From a virus, in the IMG/VR virus record IMGVR_UViG_3300020057_000496, positions 102,853 through 166,852 of that record: DNA of 64,000 bases. One strand, written 5' to 3'. A program made the position numbers and the translations under genes. The notes below the pieces were generated by a model that had not been told where the DNA came from, ran no database searches, and worked only from the letters and a program-made list of their open reading frames with translations. Positions 17,028 to 26,372 of the stretch are shown piece after piece. Each line of letters begins with the position of its first letter. Within the stretch, counting starts at the first letter, position 1.

Positions 17028-17411
17028 TTCTGGTCTGGCTTTCCAGCGGCCACGAAGGCTGAACCCCACGGCGTCGTTTCTCACGAGGCTAGAAGTGCCG
17101 ACGTCACAGGATCGGCGCCGAGCCCCGTGGTGGCGACCACGGCGACTGAGAAGGACGATGCCATGCCGCCTCCGAACTACGAGCGTCGGCTCACATACCG
17201 ATTCCTCACGCTGCCATTCCGCCACCAGATAACCGTCGCCAAGAACCTCGACGTACTCACCGACGCCGATCGGGCGCTCAGCGACGGGGCGCTCTTGCGT
17301 GTCCTGTTCAAGCGTGCCGCCGAAAAGAGCCTCCTCGGGAAGCTCTGGGCCGAGACGGAGAAGCTTCACGACGATCCGGCGGACTTCAACCCTTTCGAAA
17401 CCTCAAAGTAG
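16968..17411 (+). CDS. leader fused to a GTPase-associated adaptor domain (GAAD)-like C-terminus
   Basis: RRLTYRFLTLPFRHQITVAKNL...LFKRAAEKSLLGKLWAETEKLH...NPF resembles the helical adaptor of GTPase-centred conflict systems. Confidence 0.6.
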   Translation: MSTRDELLRAVGEAVRDKCRFWSGFPAATKAEPHGVVSHEARSADVTGSAPSPVVATTATEKDDAMPPPNYERRLTYRFLTLPFRHQITVAKNLDVLTDADRALSDGALLRVLFKRAAEKSLLGKLWAETEKLHDDPADFNPFETSK

Positions 17412-17505
17412 ACGGGAGCAGAGCACATGCACAAGAACTTTGGCGAACGGTATCGGCAAGTCTCGATCCGCCGCTGATGATCTGGCGGAGGAGCAAGGTG
17501 CCCGA

Positions 17506-17578
17506 GTAACGTCTTCCCCGGCCTAAAGGCTGGGGCTTTCCGGACTGAAGTCCGGGGTCTCCGCCGAGAGGATTTCAG
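17506..17578 (-). mobile_element. miniature IS200/IS605 derivative (fused left and right ends, PATE-like)
   Basis: - strand TCAT|CTGAAATCCTC..CCCCGGACTTCAGTCCGG-AAAGCCCCAGCCTTTAGGCCGGGGAAGACGTTAC. Confidence 0.7.
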
Positions 17579-18397
17579 ATGATCACAATTGAAGAACTGC
17601 AGAAGGTCGTGGATGACAACTTCGGCGGCGTACTCACGGCTGGGGGTCAGCACTCCAATACCAGGGGCAAGGCCTGCGTCTGGGAGGCGTACAACTTCGC
17701 CGAGGGTGATTACTGGGGAGACCAGTGCCCTGATTGTGTCGAGCCGGATCTATACCGGCTCCTGATCAAACTGAACGACTCGCGTCACTGGGCGAACGAC
17801 ACAGAGAGCGCGGAAGTGTTGTTGCCCGCCGTGGTCCGCTCCCTCGGGACGCGAGGCGATGTCGAGGCACGGCGGATGCGGTCGTTCCGGTTGGCCGACG
17901 TGGCTGTCCGCGTGATCGCAGCGGATGCGCTAGACTCAGCGAAGCTGCCCGAGTTGGCTAGCCAGCTACGCGCGCTCGTGCCGATCACGGACGTGGCAAC
18001 GGCCCTGGCTGCTCGCGACAAGTGTTGGGACGTGAGCACCGCCGACACCGACACCGACACCGCCGCCGACACCGCCGCCGACACCGCCGCCGACACCGCC
18101 GCCGCCATCGTCAACACCGCCGCAGCCGCCACCGTCGACGCCGCCGCAGCCGGGCACGGCGCCGGCGGCGCCGCCGGCGCAGCCACTTTAGCCGGCGCCG
18201 TGCCCGACGCCGCCGCAGCCGGGCACGGCGGCGGCGGCGGCGCCGCCGCCGCAGCCACTTTAGCCGGCGCCGTGCCCGGCGGCGTCGTCGCCGTCGCCGC
18301 AGCCGCCTCCGCCGCCAGGCACGGCGCGTGGCGATCGTACGTCGACGCGATACTCGTCGCGGCCGGGCTCGCTGGCGAGAAGGGAGCTTGGGCGTGA
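17579..18397 (+). CDS. hypothetical protein with Ala-rich low-complexity repeats
   Basis: ACVWEA..WGDQCPDCV..LND motif; ADTA repeats and a ~60-bp duplication. Confidence 0.7.
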   Translation: MITIEELQKVVDDNFGGVLTAGGQHSNTRGKACVWEAYNFAEGDYWGDQCPDCVEPDLYRLLIKLNDSRHWANDTESAEVLLPAVVRSLGTRGDVEARRMRSFRLADVAVRVIAADALDSAKLPELASQLRALVPITDVATALAARDKCWDVSTADTDTDTAADTAADTAADTAAAIVNTAAAATVDAAAAGHGAGGAAGAATLAGAVPDAAAAGHGGGGGAAAAATLAGAVPGGVVAVAAAASAARHGAWRSYVDAILVAAGLAGEKGAWA

Positions 18398-18795
18398 GGG
18401 ACTGGTGCGACGATCCGAGCCGCGAGAGGCGCGATGGCGCACGCGCCGCTGAGCGTGGGTACGTATCGCACGATGAACGCGAAAAGCTCCGCGACTATGA
18501 GGACGAATGCGCGCGGCACTTCCGGGAGGGGTATCGCACTGAAGAGCGTCGCCAGCAGTATCGCGAGGAAGAGCGCGCAGAGGAAGCTCGCCTTGAGCGT
18601 GCAGCATTCGAGCGCCGCGAGATAGCTCGCGGCGAGGCGGACGCGTACGAAGGCCGCAGGCAGGAAGAACAGGAAGAGGAGCAAGCCGGGCCGGATGCCG
18701 CGATGTGCGACGAATGCGGTCGCAAGACGCGGCACCAGCTCACTGGCGAATGTACGGCGTGTGGCTCGATACTGGATCCGAAGGGGACGCCATGA
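18394..18795 (+). CDS. hypothetical E/R-rich protein with C-terminal zinc ribbon
   Basis: GGAG RBS plus GTG overlapping the upstream stop; CDEC/CTAC. Confidence 0.6.
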   Translation: MRDWCDDPSRERRDGARAAERGYVSHDEREKLRDYEDECARHFREGYRTEERRQQYREEERAEEARLERAAFERREIARGEADAYEGRRQEEQEEEQAGPDAAMCDECGRKTRHQLTGECTACGSILDPKGTP

Positions 18796-18983
18796 TGGAC
18801 ACGAGCAGCTGGCTGCTGGTCGAGACGTGGCTCTCTCTGGGGCTGCGGATCGAGTGGTCACATGCGTGGGACGACGACAAGGATAAGGACGAGACGAGGG
18901 AGAAACGTGATCACAATACGTGCAGAGGTGGCGCGTTGGCGAGGCACGGCCGCGAACGAGATGATCACCGACGCTCGTCGTGA
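18792..18983 (+). CDS. hypothetical protein
   Basis: ATGA overlap; partly overlaps the next ORF. Confidence 0.35.
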   Translation: MMDTSSWLLVETWLSLGLRIEWSHAWDDDKDKDETREKRDHNTCRGGALARHGRERDDHRRSS

Positions 18984-19113
18984 GGTGTTCGAAGAGTGCG
19001 CTGAGATCGCGGAGGCAGACGAGCCGCGTTCGCTGGCTGATTCCTCGACTCGGATGGCCCCGCGCCGTATCGCTGCCGCTATCCGCGCCAGTGCGCAGAA
19101 AGGGACCTTATGA
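18907..19113 (+). CDS. hypothetical protein
   Basis: GGAG RBS plus GTG; AREVFEECAEIAE..IAAAIR motif common in phage small genes. Confidence 0.5.
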   Translation: MITIRAEVARWRGTAANEMITDARREVFEECAEIAEADEPRSLADSSTRMAPRRIAAAIRASAQKGTL

Positions 19114-19451
19114 GCGAGCGGTGTCACGTTAAGCAGTGCCCAACGTGTCCGTGGCGAGTAGACTGTGACCCCGAACAGGACATTCCGAACGGCTACAGTG
19201 TCGAGTTACATTTAAAGCTGCGCGGCACCATCAACGAAGGGCTCGCATCCTTATTCCCTCGCGGCGGCATGCGTATCATGGCGTGCCATCACTCCAAGCC
19301 CGGTGAGGAGTTTGCCTGCGCCGGTTGGCTCTACAATCAGATCGGTGTGGGGAATAACCTTGGCGTGCGGATGGCCGCTGCTCGTGGCGATTTACCTGTG
19401 CCCGAGATCGGCGGCGAGCAACACGAGAGATTCGAGGACACGTTACCATGA
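19110..19451 (+). CDS. Cys/His-rich hypothetical protein (DUF6283-like)
   Basis: CPTCPWR, MACHHS, CAGWL. Confidence 0.7.
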   Translation: MSERCHVKQCPTCPWRVDCDPEQDIPNGYSVELHLKLRGTINEGLASLFPRGGMRIMACHHSKPGEEFACAGWLYNQIGVGNNLGVRMAAARGDLPVPEIGGEQHERFEDTLP

Positions 19452-19816
19452 GTGCCAAGCGGAAGCTTCCTAGTGTTCCACCAACGGTTGAACCAGCCGG
19501 GTGCGTCCCTCGTTCATCACTAACGGGTTACGATCCTGGCCCGATTCAACTGGTCCCGACCGCTAACTATCCGCTCACTCACCGAGAGATCGACGTGATC
19601 GAGGTAACACACTCGCGCGATATTCAATTCCCCTACGTGCGGGAACTGTGCGCGATGGCGCGACGCGCGATTGGGGATCAGGGTGTGCTCCATATGGCCG
19701 TCGTGCGCCTCGGTGGCGAAGTGGAGGGGCGACCGACTGGACGACATAACTTCCTGCAGCGCATCGATGAGCTGAGGGAGCTGGAGAGGCGTTTGGCCAG
19801 GCGTGATCCTAGATGA
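19448..19816 (+). CDS. hypothetical protein
   Basis: ATGA overlap; RLGGEVEGRPTGRHNFLQRIDEL. Confidence 0.6.
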   Translation: MSAKRKLPSVPPTVEPAGCVPRSSLTGYDPGPIQLVPTANYPLTHREIDVIEVTHSRDIQFPYVRELCAMARRAIGDQGVLHMAVVRLGGEVEGRPTGRHNFLQRIDELRELERRLARRDPR

Positions 19817-19844
19817 ACGAGACTTAGTTAAAGGAGTTTTACAA

Positions 19845-20141
19845 ATGAAGAAAGTTTTACTTTGTGGACTACTGGTCGTGGTGAGTTTTTCGCTCGTCGT
19901 TGTATTTACTCGTGGCGAAGCCGACTGCGAGGGGGAGATCGAAACGGACATCGATGGCAGAATTTGTGTCACCGAGACGAGTCCGGACGGCGGAGCGCTC
20001 CATATTAAACAAGCCGATCTACCCAGTGTGGGGCCTCACGGGGGACTCGTCGGGGCGGACGGTCAACACGGGTTAGTCCCGGCGGTGTCGGCCCGAAGAC
20101 TGGACATTGAACACAGAAGCGAGACAACCAGTGAACACTAG
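19845..20141 (+). CDS. hypothetical membrane-anchored/secreted protein
   Basis: AAGGAG RBS; MKKVLLCGLLVVVSFSLVVVF. Confidence 0.55.
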   Translation: MKKVLLCGLLVVVSFSLVVVFTRGEADCEGEIETDIDGRICVTETSPDGGALHIKQADLPSVGPHGGLVGADGQHGLVPAVSARRLDIEHRSETTSEH

Positions 20142-20179
20142 GTGGTGCCTTCAGCGCGAGTACGAGAGGAGGAATCACG

Positions 20180-20467
20180 ATGAGTAGCGCGGAGTTAAAG
20201 AAACGTACGTGGCGCTACCTGCAGGCGCCGTCGGTTTACGAAATGGCCCCATGCGCGTGCGGGAACGTCGATACGCAATGGTCCGAGTACGAGAAGCACC
20301 TGTGGTGCAATCGCTGTGAGATCGACTTTGTCCCCGAGCACGCCGGAATCTTCGATGGCCCGATTCCAGTTAATATCAGTCGTCTACTTGGTATTTCGTT
20401 CGATCGCATCGACCTCGCCACGGGTACGATCGAGCCGTTCATGCTGGAGGAGTCGGCCGATGTTTGA
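20180..20467 (+). CDS. hypothetical zinc-binding protein
   Basis: GGAGG RBS; CxCG..QWSEYEKHLWCxxC. Confidence 0.7.
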   Translation: MSSAELKKRTWRYLQAPSVYEMAPCACGNVDTQWSEYEKHLWCNRCEIDFVPEHAGIFDGPIPVNISRLLGISFDRIDLATGTIEPFMLEESADV

Positions 20468-20786
20468 CACAACCGACGAGCTGTTGCGCGCCGTCGCTGA
20501 AGCGGTTCTCGAACGCTGTACGGATTTTACCGACCAAAACTCGTGTGCGTACGTTGTTGGCTTAGAACTCGACGCCATCATTGTTAGGTGCACGTCAGAG
20601 CACACTCCAGAGTGGCATGGTGGGGGCGACAGGCTCGCCGCCGCCCGCGCGGAGGGTAGGGCCGAGGGTACTCGCGGCGCGTACGAGAACGCTGCCATGA
20701 TCGCGGAGGAGAACCCACGCGGCTACGGTGAGTTCATCGCTGTTCTGATCCGCCGTGCCCGAGCGCAAATTAAGGCGTCGTGCTGA
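20460..20786 (+). CDS. hypothetical protein with TTDELLRAVAEAV leader
   Basis: Paralogous to 16671-16952 (shared ELDAII/DLDAII). Confidence 0.65.
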   Translation: MFDTTDELLRAVAEAVLERCTDFTDQNSCAYVVGLELDAIIVRCTSEHTPEWHGGGDRLAAARAEGRAEGTRGAYENAAMIAEENPRGYGEFIAVLIRRARAQIKASC

Positions 20787-20992
20787 CCGTCAATAAAGCA
20801 AAGTGCCGGAAGTGCCAGCAGGTGCTTGAGTCGAAGCATTTGACTGAGGTGCTTAAATGTAAGTGCGGAGCACTCGGGGTTTCTGGTGGTATCGGGAAGG
20901 CCGGGCACATTCACCGCATAGGCAACAGCGAAGATTGCGAGGAAATGAGTGAATACGAACGCAAAACCAAACCACTCCAATGGCCGTGGTAA
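20780..20992 (+). CDS. small zinc-ribbon protein
   Basis: NKAKCRKC..ES..CKCGA..SGG. Confidence 0.7.
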   Translation: MLTVNKAKCRKCQQVLESKHLTEVLKCKCGALGVSGGIGKAGHIHRIGNSEDCEEMSEYERKTKPLQWPW

Positions 20993-21242
20993 GCAAAAGC
21001 CCAGACCAGTTCGAGTCAGCACCGGGCTCAAGAAGGAATGGCTTGAGGCGAGCAAGGAGTACCGGCGACTGGAGAATGGTGCCTGGATACCGGCCGGGTT
21101 TATGCTGGTGGTCGTAGACCGCGAGTCGCGCGAGGACTACCCGGTCTATGCCGAGAAACAGCGTGATGTCAAGAGACTACAAATCGAGCTTGAGGGGAAA
21201 CAGCAGACGGTCAGGGGCGTGGTCGAATGCCTAGATCAGTAA
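20949..21242 (+). CDS. hypothetical protein
   Basis: 97-aa ORF, start uncertain. Confidence 0.45.
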   Translation: MNTNAKPNHSNGRGKQKPRPVRVSTGLKKEWLEASKEYRRLENGAWIPAGFMLVVVDRESREDYPVYAEKQRDVKRLQIELEGKQQTVRGVVECLDQ

Positions 21243-21406
21243 AGAGACGCGAGGACGGATCAGTCGTTATAAGGCTCAACGGGAGAATGGTGGTCTTCGA
21301 GAAATTGTGCTTGGATGAGGCAAAAAAAGCAGATGCTACAGGGAGGGGCCGGGCAGTAATCAACCCCGCCCTAAAGGACGGGATTTCCGCCCCGGAGAAT
21401 CGATGA
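21227..21406 (+). CDS. small hypothetical protein whose 3' end is formed by the IS remnant
   Basis: MPRSVKRREDG...INPALKDGISAPENR*. Confidence 0.4.
   Translation: MPRSVKRREDGSVVIRLNGRMVVFEKLCLDEAKKADATGRGRAVINPALKDGISAPENR
21356..21402 (-). mobile_element. minimal IS200/IS605 derivative (47 bp, single hairpin)
   Basis: - strand TCAT|CGATTCTCCGGGGCGGAAATCCCGTCCTTTAGGGCGGGGTTGATTAC. Confidence 0.7.
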
Positions 21407-21888
21407 TTCGTTATGTCAACGGGGATGCGACCTACCCAGTGGGCACTGGGTCCCGTGTAATAATACATGTAGTAAACGATTCGGGGGGTTGGGGGCGTGG
21501 CTTTGTTAGGGCCGTGACAATGCGCTGGCTGCACGTCGAGAAGGCTTACCGGGAATGGGCCAAGGCAACGAATCCGGACGTCCCGTTCGAACTAGGCAGT
21601 GTCCAGTACGTGGCGGTCGGGCAGGATCTGTGGGTCGCTAACATGGTAGGACAGCACAACGTAGTCTGGGACGACGGGGTGCCACCTGTGCGCTACGGGG
21701 CCATTCGGACGGCCCTGGCTGACGTTGCAGCCTTCGTGCGCCCACTCGCAGCGACGGTCCATGCGCCCAGGTTCGGTGCTAGTCTTGCCGGTGGCTCATG
21801 GCGCGAAATCGAAAAGCTAATCCTGGAAGAACTGGCCGATACCGACGTTACTATCTACGACATGCCTGGCGGGAAGTACAATCCTTAA
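21403..21888 (+). CDS. macrodomain ADP-ribose-processing protein (TARG1/Poa1-like)
   Basis: IRYVNGDAT, HVVNDSGGWGRGF, VANMVGQ, HAPRFGASLAGGSW. Confidence 0.9.
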   Translation: MIRYVNGDATYPVGTGSRVIIHVVNDSGGWGRGFVRAVTMRWLHVEKAYREWAKATNPDVPFELGSVQYVAVGQDLWVANMVGQHNVVWDDGVPPVRYGAIRTALADVAAFVRPLAATVHAPRFGASLAGGSWREIEKLILEELADTDVTIYDMPGGKYNP

Positions 21889-21911
21889 AGCCAGAGCGGC
21901 CGGAGGGACGA

Positions 21912-22103
21912 ATGAATTTGCTTCAGCAAGTATATCTAGCGGCATACATGGGCCACTTAGGAGTAAACGCCGGGCAGGACCGGCACCTGTTGTCCTATCC
22001 GTACACCCGCCGAGAAGCTCGCGACTACGCCGACTGGGTACTTCTGGACGTTACGTTAATTAACCGCCTACGAGAACTAGGAGACCCCGAGCCGCCACTT
22101 TAA
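21912..22103 (+). CDS. hypothetical protein
   Basis: GGAGG RBS plus ATG. Confidence 0.5.
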   Translation: MNLLQQVYLAAYMGHLGVNAGQDRHLLSYPYTRREARDYADWVLLDVTLINRLRELGDPEPPL

Positions 22104-22118
22104 TATTACGCCGCCCAC

Positions 22119-22150
22119 GAGCCGCGCCTGACGGTGCGGCTCTTTTTTTT
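22119..22150 (+). terminator. rho-independent terminator ending the early/accessory block
   Basis: GAGCCGCGCC-TGAC-GGTGCGGCTC followed by T8. Confidence 0.85.
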
Positions 22151-22267
22151 GCTCAATGTCAAGCATAAATATGGAGTTAAGATTTCGACTCCGAATTGCT
22201 TCTTCTTTCGTCCGACTGGCACAATGAGAATTGTGTTTTATTCTAGGAGACAGAAGGAGAAGTAGAA

Positions 22268-22558
22268 ATGCCAGTAGTTCGTTTGTTCGTAACTAATTTA
22301 TCGTATGAGGCGGAAGAGGGGGAGTTAAGAGAGCTGTTCAGGCAAATCGGCAAGCCTACGATCATCAACATCATGCATGACCGTAAGACAGGCAACCCGC
22401 GTGGATTTGCTTTCGTAACGCTCGATACGCTGAGTGCTCCAGAGGACTGCTGGCGTGCCGTCATCCAGGGCGAGATGATCAGGGGTCGCCCGATTCATGT
22501 CGATTTCGCAATTCCCAAGGGGAAGCCAATTCAGGGGAATGATGTCGGCCGGACCTAA
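22268..22558 (+). CDS. RRM (RNP-1) RNA-binding protein
   Basis: RNP2 LFVTNL, RNP1 RGFAFVT, GRPIHVDFA. Confidence 0.9.
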   Translation: MPVVRLFVTNLSYEAEEGELRELFRQIGKPTIINIMHDRKTGNPRGFAFVTLDTLSAPEDCWRAVIQGEMIRGRPIHVDFAIPKGKPIQGNDVGRT

Positions 22559-22878
22559 TGGCGCGCAAGTCCGACATAGATAAATCCGTATCTGACAAGC
22601 TCGACGAACACTTACTGGAAGCCCTCGATGAGCTGAAGAAGATCGTCACGGACGCACGTCACCCGGAGCACAAGCGTCACTATTTCGAGGCGCTGCGCTT
22701 GATCATGAGGCATTGTGCGCCTGTCCGTAAGGAAATGGGTCCACCTGACCCTGGGCTAACTCTCCAGATCGGAGCGCTCTTTCCAGGTACCCAGTCCGAG
22801 CCTCGTTGTGAAATTGACGTAACTCCGTCAAGCATAGAAGAATCAGAAGAACCGGATGTCGATCCAGAACTACCTTAA
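22558..22878 (+). CDS. probable terminase small subunit
   Basis: Position directly upstream of TerL; small helical protein. Confidence 0.55.
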   Translation: MARKSDIDKSVSDKLDEHLLEALDELKKIVTDARHPEHKRHYFEALRLIMRHCAPVRKEMGPPDPGLTLQIGALFPGTQSEPRCEIDVTPSSIEESEEPDVDPELP

Positions 22879-24310
22879 GCTTAGGCCAGAACTAAAGAAA
22901 TACGAAAACGACCCGGTCGGATTTGCGAAGGCGGTATTTAACTGCCCGATTGACCCATGGCAGGAAGAGTTTCTTTGGAACATCCAGAACCACCAAAAGG
23001 TGGCGTGTGCTGGCGCGACCGGAACGGGCAAGGGGTACGCGTCGGCACTGGCAATCTGGTGGTTCATCTCGACGAAAGAGGAGGGAGGTAAGTTTCCGAA
23101 GTTAATGTGCACCGCGCCTGACGAGAACACATTGAAGCGAGGGGTCTGGGCGCAACTTTCCGAGTTGGCGCGACAAGCTCCGTTGATTCAGCTATTGTTC
23201 ACTATTACGGCACAGAAAATTTACCTAAAGGGTGCCGAGCGTGAGTGTTTCTGTATTCTTAAAACTACATCGGCAAGATATTCCGCATCCGGCGATGCCC
23301 AGGCCGAAGGTTTGGCCGGTATGCATGCCCCCTGGACCCTTACGCTTCTTGACGAAGTAAGTGGCGTGGCAAGACCCAACGTGGAGGCCATTTTAGGTAG
23401 CTCCGTGGGGCCACAGCGCAAGGTCGTTATGACGTTCAATCCGTTGCGCGACGACGGGTATGTGTATCAGATATACACGGACAGGCGATACGGCGACGCC
23501 TGGAAGAAGATGAACGTATCATTCTATGATGTCAAAAGGCTATGTAGCGACCCGACACTAAGGGCCGAGAGGGAAAGTTGGGTAAAGACGTACGGGATGA
23601 ACTCGGCATATGTCCAGGCTCGCGTGTACGGGAAGTTCCCGACCGCAGCTACTACGAATCGAGTCTTTACTATCGACGAACTAAAGAAAGCTCGCGCACG
23701 TAACGACTCACTCGAAGACGACGACACCCAGTCAGTACAGATAGGAGTTGACGTAAGTCGCTACGGATCTGACGAGACAATTTACTACGTTCGGCGTGGA
23801 CTAAAGTCACTGGAGATGGTCTGCGAATCGCAGACGTCGGCGCCGCACGTCGAAGGCCGTACAATTGAGTTAGCCACGAAGTGGTGCCCGGAAGGTAAGG
23901 ACCCAAAGCAGCATACGTTGCTCGTCATCGACGAGACTGGACTCGGCGGTGGCCCGGTTGATCACCTACTTGAAGAGGGTTGGCTCGTGGCTGGCGTGAA
24001 TAATGGTTCGTCCCCGACGATGCCCGAAGAGTACCGAATCATGATCGACGAACTATGGCTGGAGGACGGCAAGGACGCCGTCCGTGACTGTGGGCTGGTT
24101 GACGACGACATATTAGTTAATCAACTACAGGGGCGTACTTATACGTTCACTGGCAAGATGAAGCAACGGCGCATCTCGACTAAGGACGAAATGAAAGCGA
24201 AAAAGCTGGATTCGCCTGACCGCGCCGATGCGTTTATTCTGGCGTTCGCAGACCCCGGGAAGCTGAGCTTGCGCTCGATTGACTTGAAGTCAAGCATATA
24301 TTTCCTTTGA
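22856..24310 (+). CDS. terL: terminase large subunit
   Basis: DPWQ, Walker A ATGTGKG, Walker B LLDE, TFNP, nuclease GVDVSRYGSD, SPDRADA. Confidence 0.95.
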   Translation: MSIQNYLKLRPELKKYENDPVGFAKAVFNCPIDPWQEEFLWNIQNHQKVACAGATGTGKGYASALAIWWFISTKEEGGKFPKLMCTAPDENTLKRGVWAQLSELARQAPLIQLLFTITAQKIYLKGAERECFCILKTTSARYSASGDAQAEGLAGMHAPWTLTLLDEVSGVARPNVEAILGSSVGPQRKVVMTFNPLRDDGYVYQIYTDRRYGDAWKKMNVSFYDVKRLCSDPTLRAERESWVKTYGMNSAYVQARVYGKFPTAATTNRVFTIDELKKARARNDSLEDDDTQSVQIGVDVSRYGSDETIYYVRRGLKSLEMVCESQTSAPHVEGRTIELATKWCPEGKDPKQHTLLVIDETGLGGGPVDHLLEEGWLVAGVNNGSSPTMPEEYRIMIDELWLEDGKDAVRDCGLVDDDILVNQLQGRTYTFTGKMKQRRISTKDEMKAKKLDSPDRADAFILAFADPGKLSLRSIDLKSSIYFL

Positions 24311-24380
24311 CGAATTTCATGTTCTTTACATTAATTTGTTATGATGAGACACTTTGAGGACACTTTTCCAAGGGACCTAA

Positions 24381-26354
24381 ATGTTCGAAAGAATCAAGAG
24401 CGCTATATTTGAATCGCCAGCATCGCGCGAGATTGAACTGTCTGACACTTCGGTACAGGTACGTGGTGGTGCGCTCGCAGGTATTGCGGCCTCACGCGAT
24501 CGTTTTCTTCGTGGCTTTGACTTAACGTCGAACGGTAGTGGCGCAGTACGACTGGCGAATCCGTATCCGCAGCACGTCTCCGTGTTCCGTTGCGTGAATC
24601 TTATCGCGACGGCAGTCTCGACCATTCCATATAAGCTCCGTAACGGCGAGAAGGACGTTCTATCCGGTCCAGTGTTCAGCAAGGTAGCACAACCGAACGA
24701 ACTAATGAACTGGTCCGACCTATTGCTCAGGTTCATAACTGATTTACTTGTAGACGGAAACGCGTTCCTGCTCTGGGACGGCGAAGACCTATACCCGCTA
24801 CCTCCGTCACTAATGTCTCCAGTAATGGAAAAGGGTAGTTACGTTAATATACACCACTGGGAGAAGTCGAACGGCAGTGGCCAAAAGCCGGACAGTATCG
24901 ATCCAGCTAGCGTTATTCATATGGGGTACGCCCCTAGTATGAATAATTACATTATGGGTATTGGTCCACTTGTTTCCGCCAAGATCGTAGTTGATGCCGA
25001 CTATGCGTCTATGTGGAATAACCTTACAACACTGAATGGTGGCGGTCTGCCGGCCGGGATTCTGAAGTTCGTCGGCAAGGGGATGTTGACCGAGACGATG
25101 CGTAACGACATTCGCGAGACGTGGCGGCGTACGTTCGGTGGCCCCAATGCGGGCTCTCGACTGGCCGTTATTAATCAGGACTGGTCATGGATGCCGACGG
25201 GTGCGACGAACGCCGAGCTTGAATCAACAAAACACCGAGACTGGAATCTCTCGGACATTTGCCGAGCGTTCAACGTACCTAAGCTTTATTTATTCGAACA
25301 AGAACGCGGAGCGGTCGGTGACGCCACGATCAAGGTTCACCAGAAGATGTTCTATTACAATTGCATTATTCCGATTACGCGTAGACTTGAGGCTAAGCTG
25401 AACAAACAGCTCATGCCACTGCTTGGCGGACGCAACATCGTCGGAAGGTTCGATTTTGAGGAAGTCGAGGCGCTACGCGGCGACTTCAGTGAAAAGGTCA
25501 AGACTGCACAGATCCTCGTAAAGATGGGTTTTTCTCCCAATTCAGTGAACAAGAACCTGGGCCTTGGACAGGAAGATATGCCCTGGGGTGACGACTTTCT
25601 TGCTCCGATCAATCTCGTCCCCGCACAGGACATTGTTGACCACGAAGTTGTTCTACCTAGCGGTAGTGACGGAAAGATTGGCGGCATCGGCAGTGATCAA
25701 ATAGACAATGCGAAAGACACGGCACCCCCGACGAAGGCTTCCGCGACGCACTGGGAGACCCTCTCCACGCCGGTCGAAAACCTGATTGACGAAGCAAGCG
25801 GCAGGAGTCGGCGGGCGCTCTCTAAGGACCGAACCCGTATCCTGAGTGGGGACAGTGACGGCTTTGATGGCCCGGCTCTTATTGAGAAGTTGATGCCGTA
25901 TATCGTTAAGTCGTTCGTGCACGGGTATAAGACTGTCGATTTGAACCAAGACGAGGCGCTAAGGCTAGGTGCCGTATACGGTAATTCTCGATATGAAGAG
26001 ATTGCCGCATTTACAATTGCCCTTTCTGGGTTGCTGAGGATTGATCTGACGGAGACCGACAAGGACCGTGTTTTGCGCAACTTGCTCAATCGGATCATTA
26101 GGAAAATTAATGACCTATGTACGGCTGAAATTTATTCTGCCTACAACCATGCGCGGTATGCCGCGATACGTGCGACGAACTATAGTGAGGCGATTTGGGT
26201 AGCTGCACCGGAAGCTCGTTGTGATGACAGCAGTAACCACGGTCACGTCAGGATTCTTGGAGAGCAATTCCCAACCGGGCACAGATACCCAGGCGATCGT
26301 AAGGCGATCGTAGCGGTTGATTGTGATTGCATTATTTGCCCGAAGCTTAGCTAA
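24381..26354 (+). CDS. HK97-type portal protein with C-terminal MuF/gp7-like extension
   Basis: VFRCVNLIA, DGNAF, GIGP, PAGIL, ICRAFNVP; C-terminal W..HG..RYPGD..CDC. Confidence 0.9.
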   Translation: MFERIKSAIFESPASREIELSDTSVQVRGGALAGIAASRDRFLRGFDLTSNGSGAVRLANPYPQHVSVFRCVNLIATAVSTIPYKLRNGEKDVLSGPVFSKVAQPNELMNWSDLLLRFITDLLVDGNAFLLWDGEDLYPLPPSLMSPVMEKGSYVNIHHWEKSNGSGQKPDSIDPASVIHMGYAPSMNNYIMGIGPLVSAKIVVDADYASMWNNLTTLNGGGLPAGILKFVGKGMLTETMRNDIRETWRRTFGGPNAGSRLAVINQDWSWMPTGATNAELESTKHRDWNLSDICRAFNVPKLYLFEQERGAVGDATIKVHQKMFYYNCIIPITRRLEAKLNKQLMPLLGGRNIVGRFDFEEVEALRGDFSEKVKTAQILVKMGFSPNSVNKNLGLGQEDMPWGDDFLAPINLVPAQDIVDHEVVLPSGSDGKIGGIGSDQIDNAKDTAPPTKASATHWETLSTPVENLIDEASGRSRRALSKDRTRILSGDSDGFDGPALIEKLMPYIVKSFVHGYKTVDLNQDEALRLGAVYGNSRYEEIAAFTIALSGLLRIDLTETDKDRVLRNLLNRIIRKINDLCTAEIYSAYNHARYAAIRATNYSEAIWVAAPEARCDDSSNHGHVRILGEQFPTGHRYPGDRKAIVAVDCDCIICPKLS

Positions 26355-26372
26355 CCACATACGGAGATTAAT

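Noticed and set aside
17785-18861. Long - strand ORF and Arg-rich + ORF (18022) over the Ala-rich gene
   Set aside because: Shadow frames of GCC-rich low-complexity sequence; no RBS or motif.
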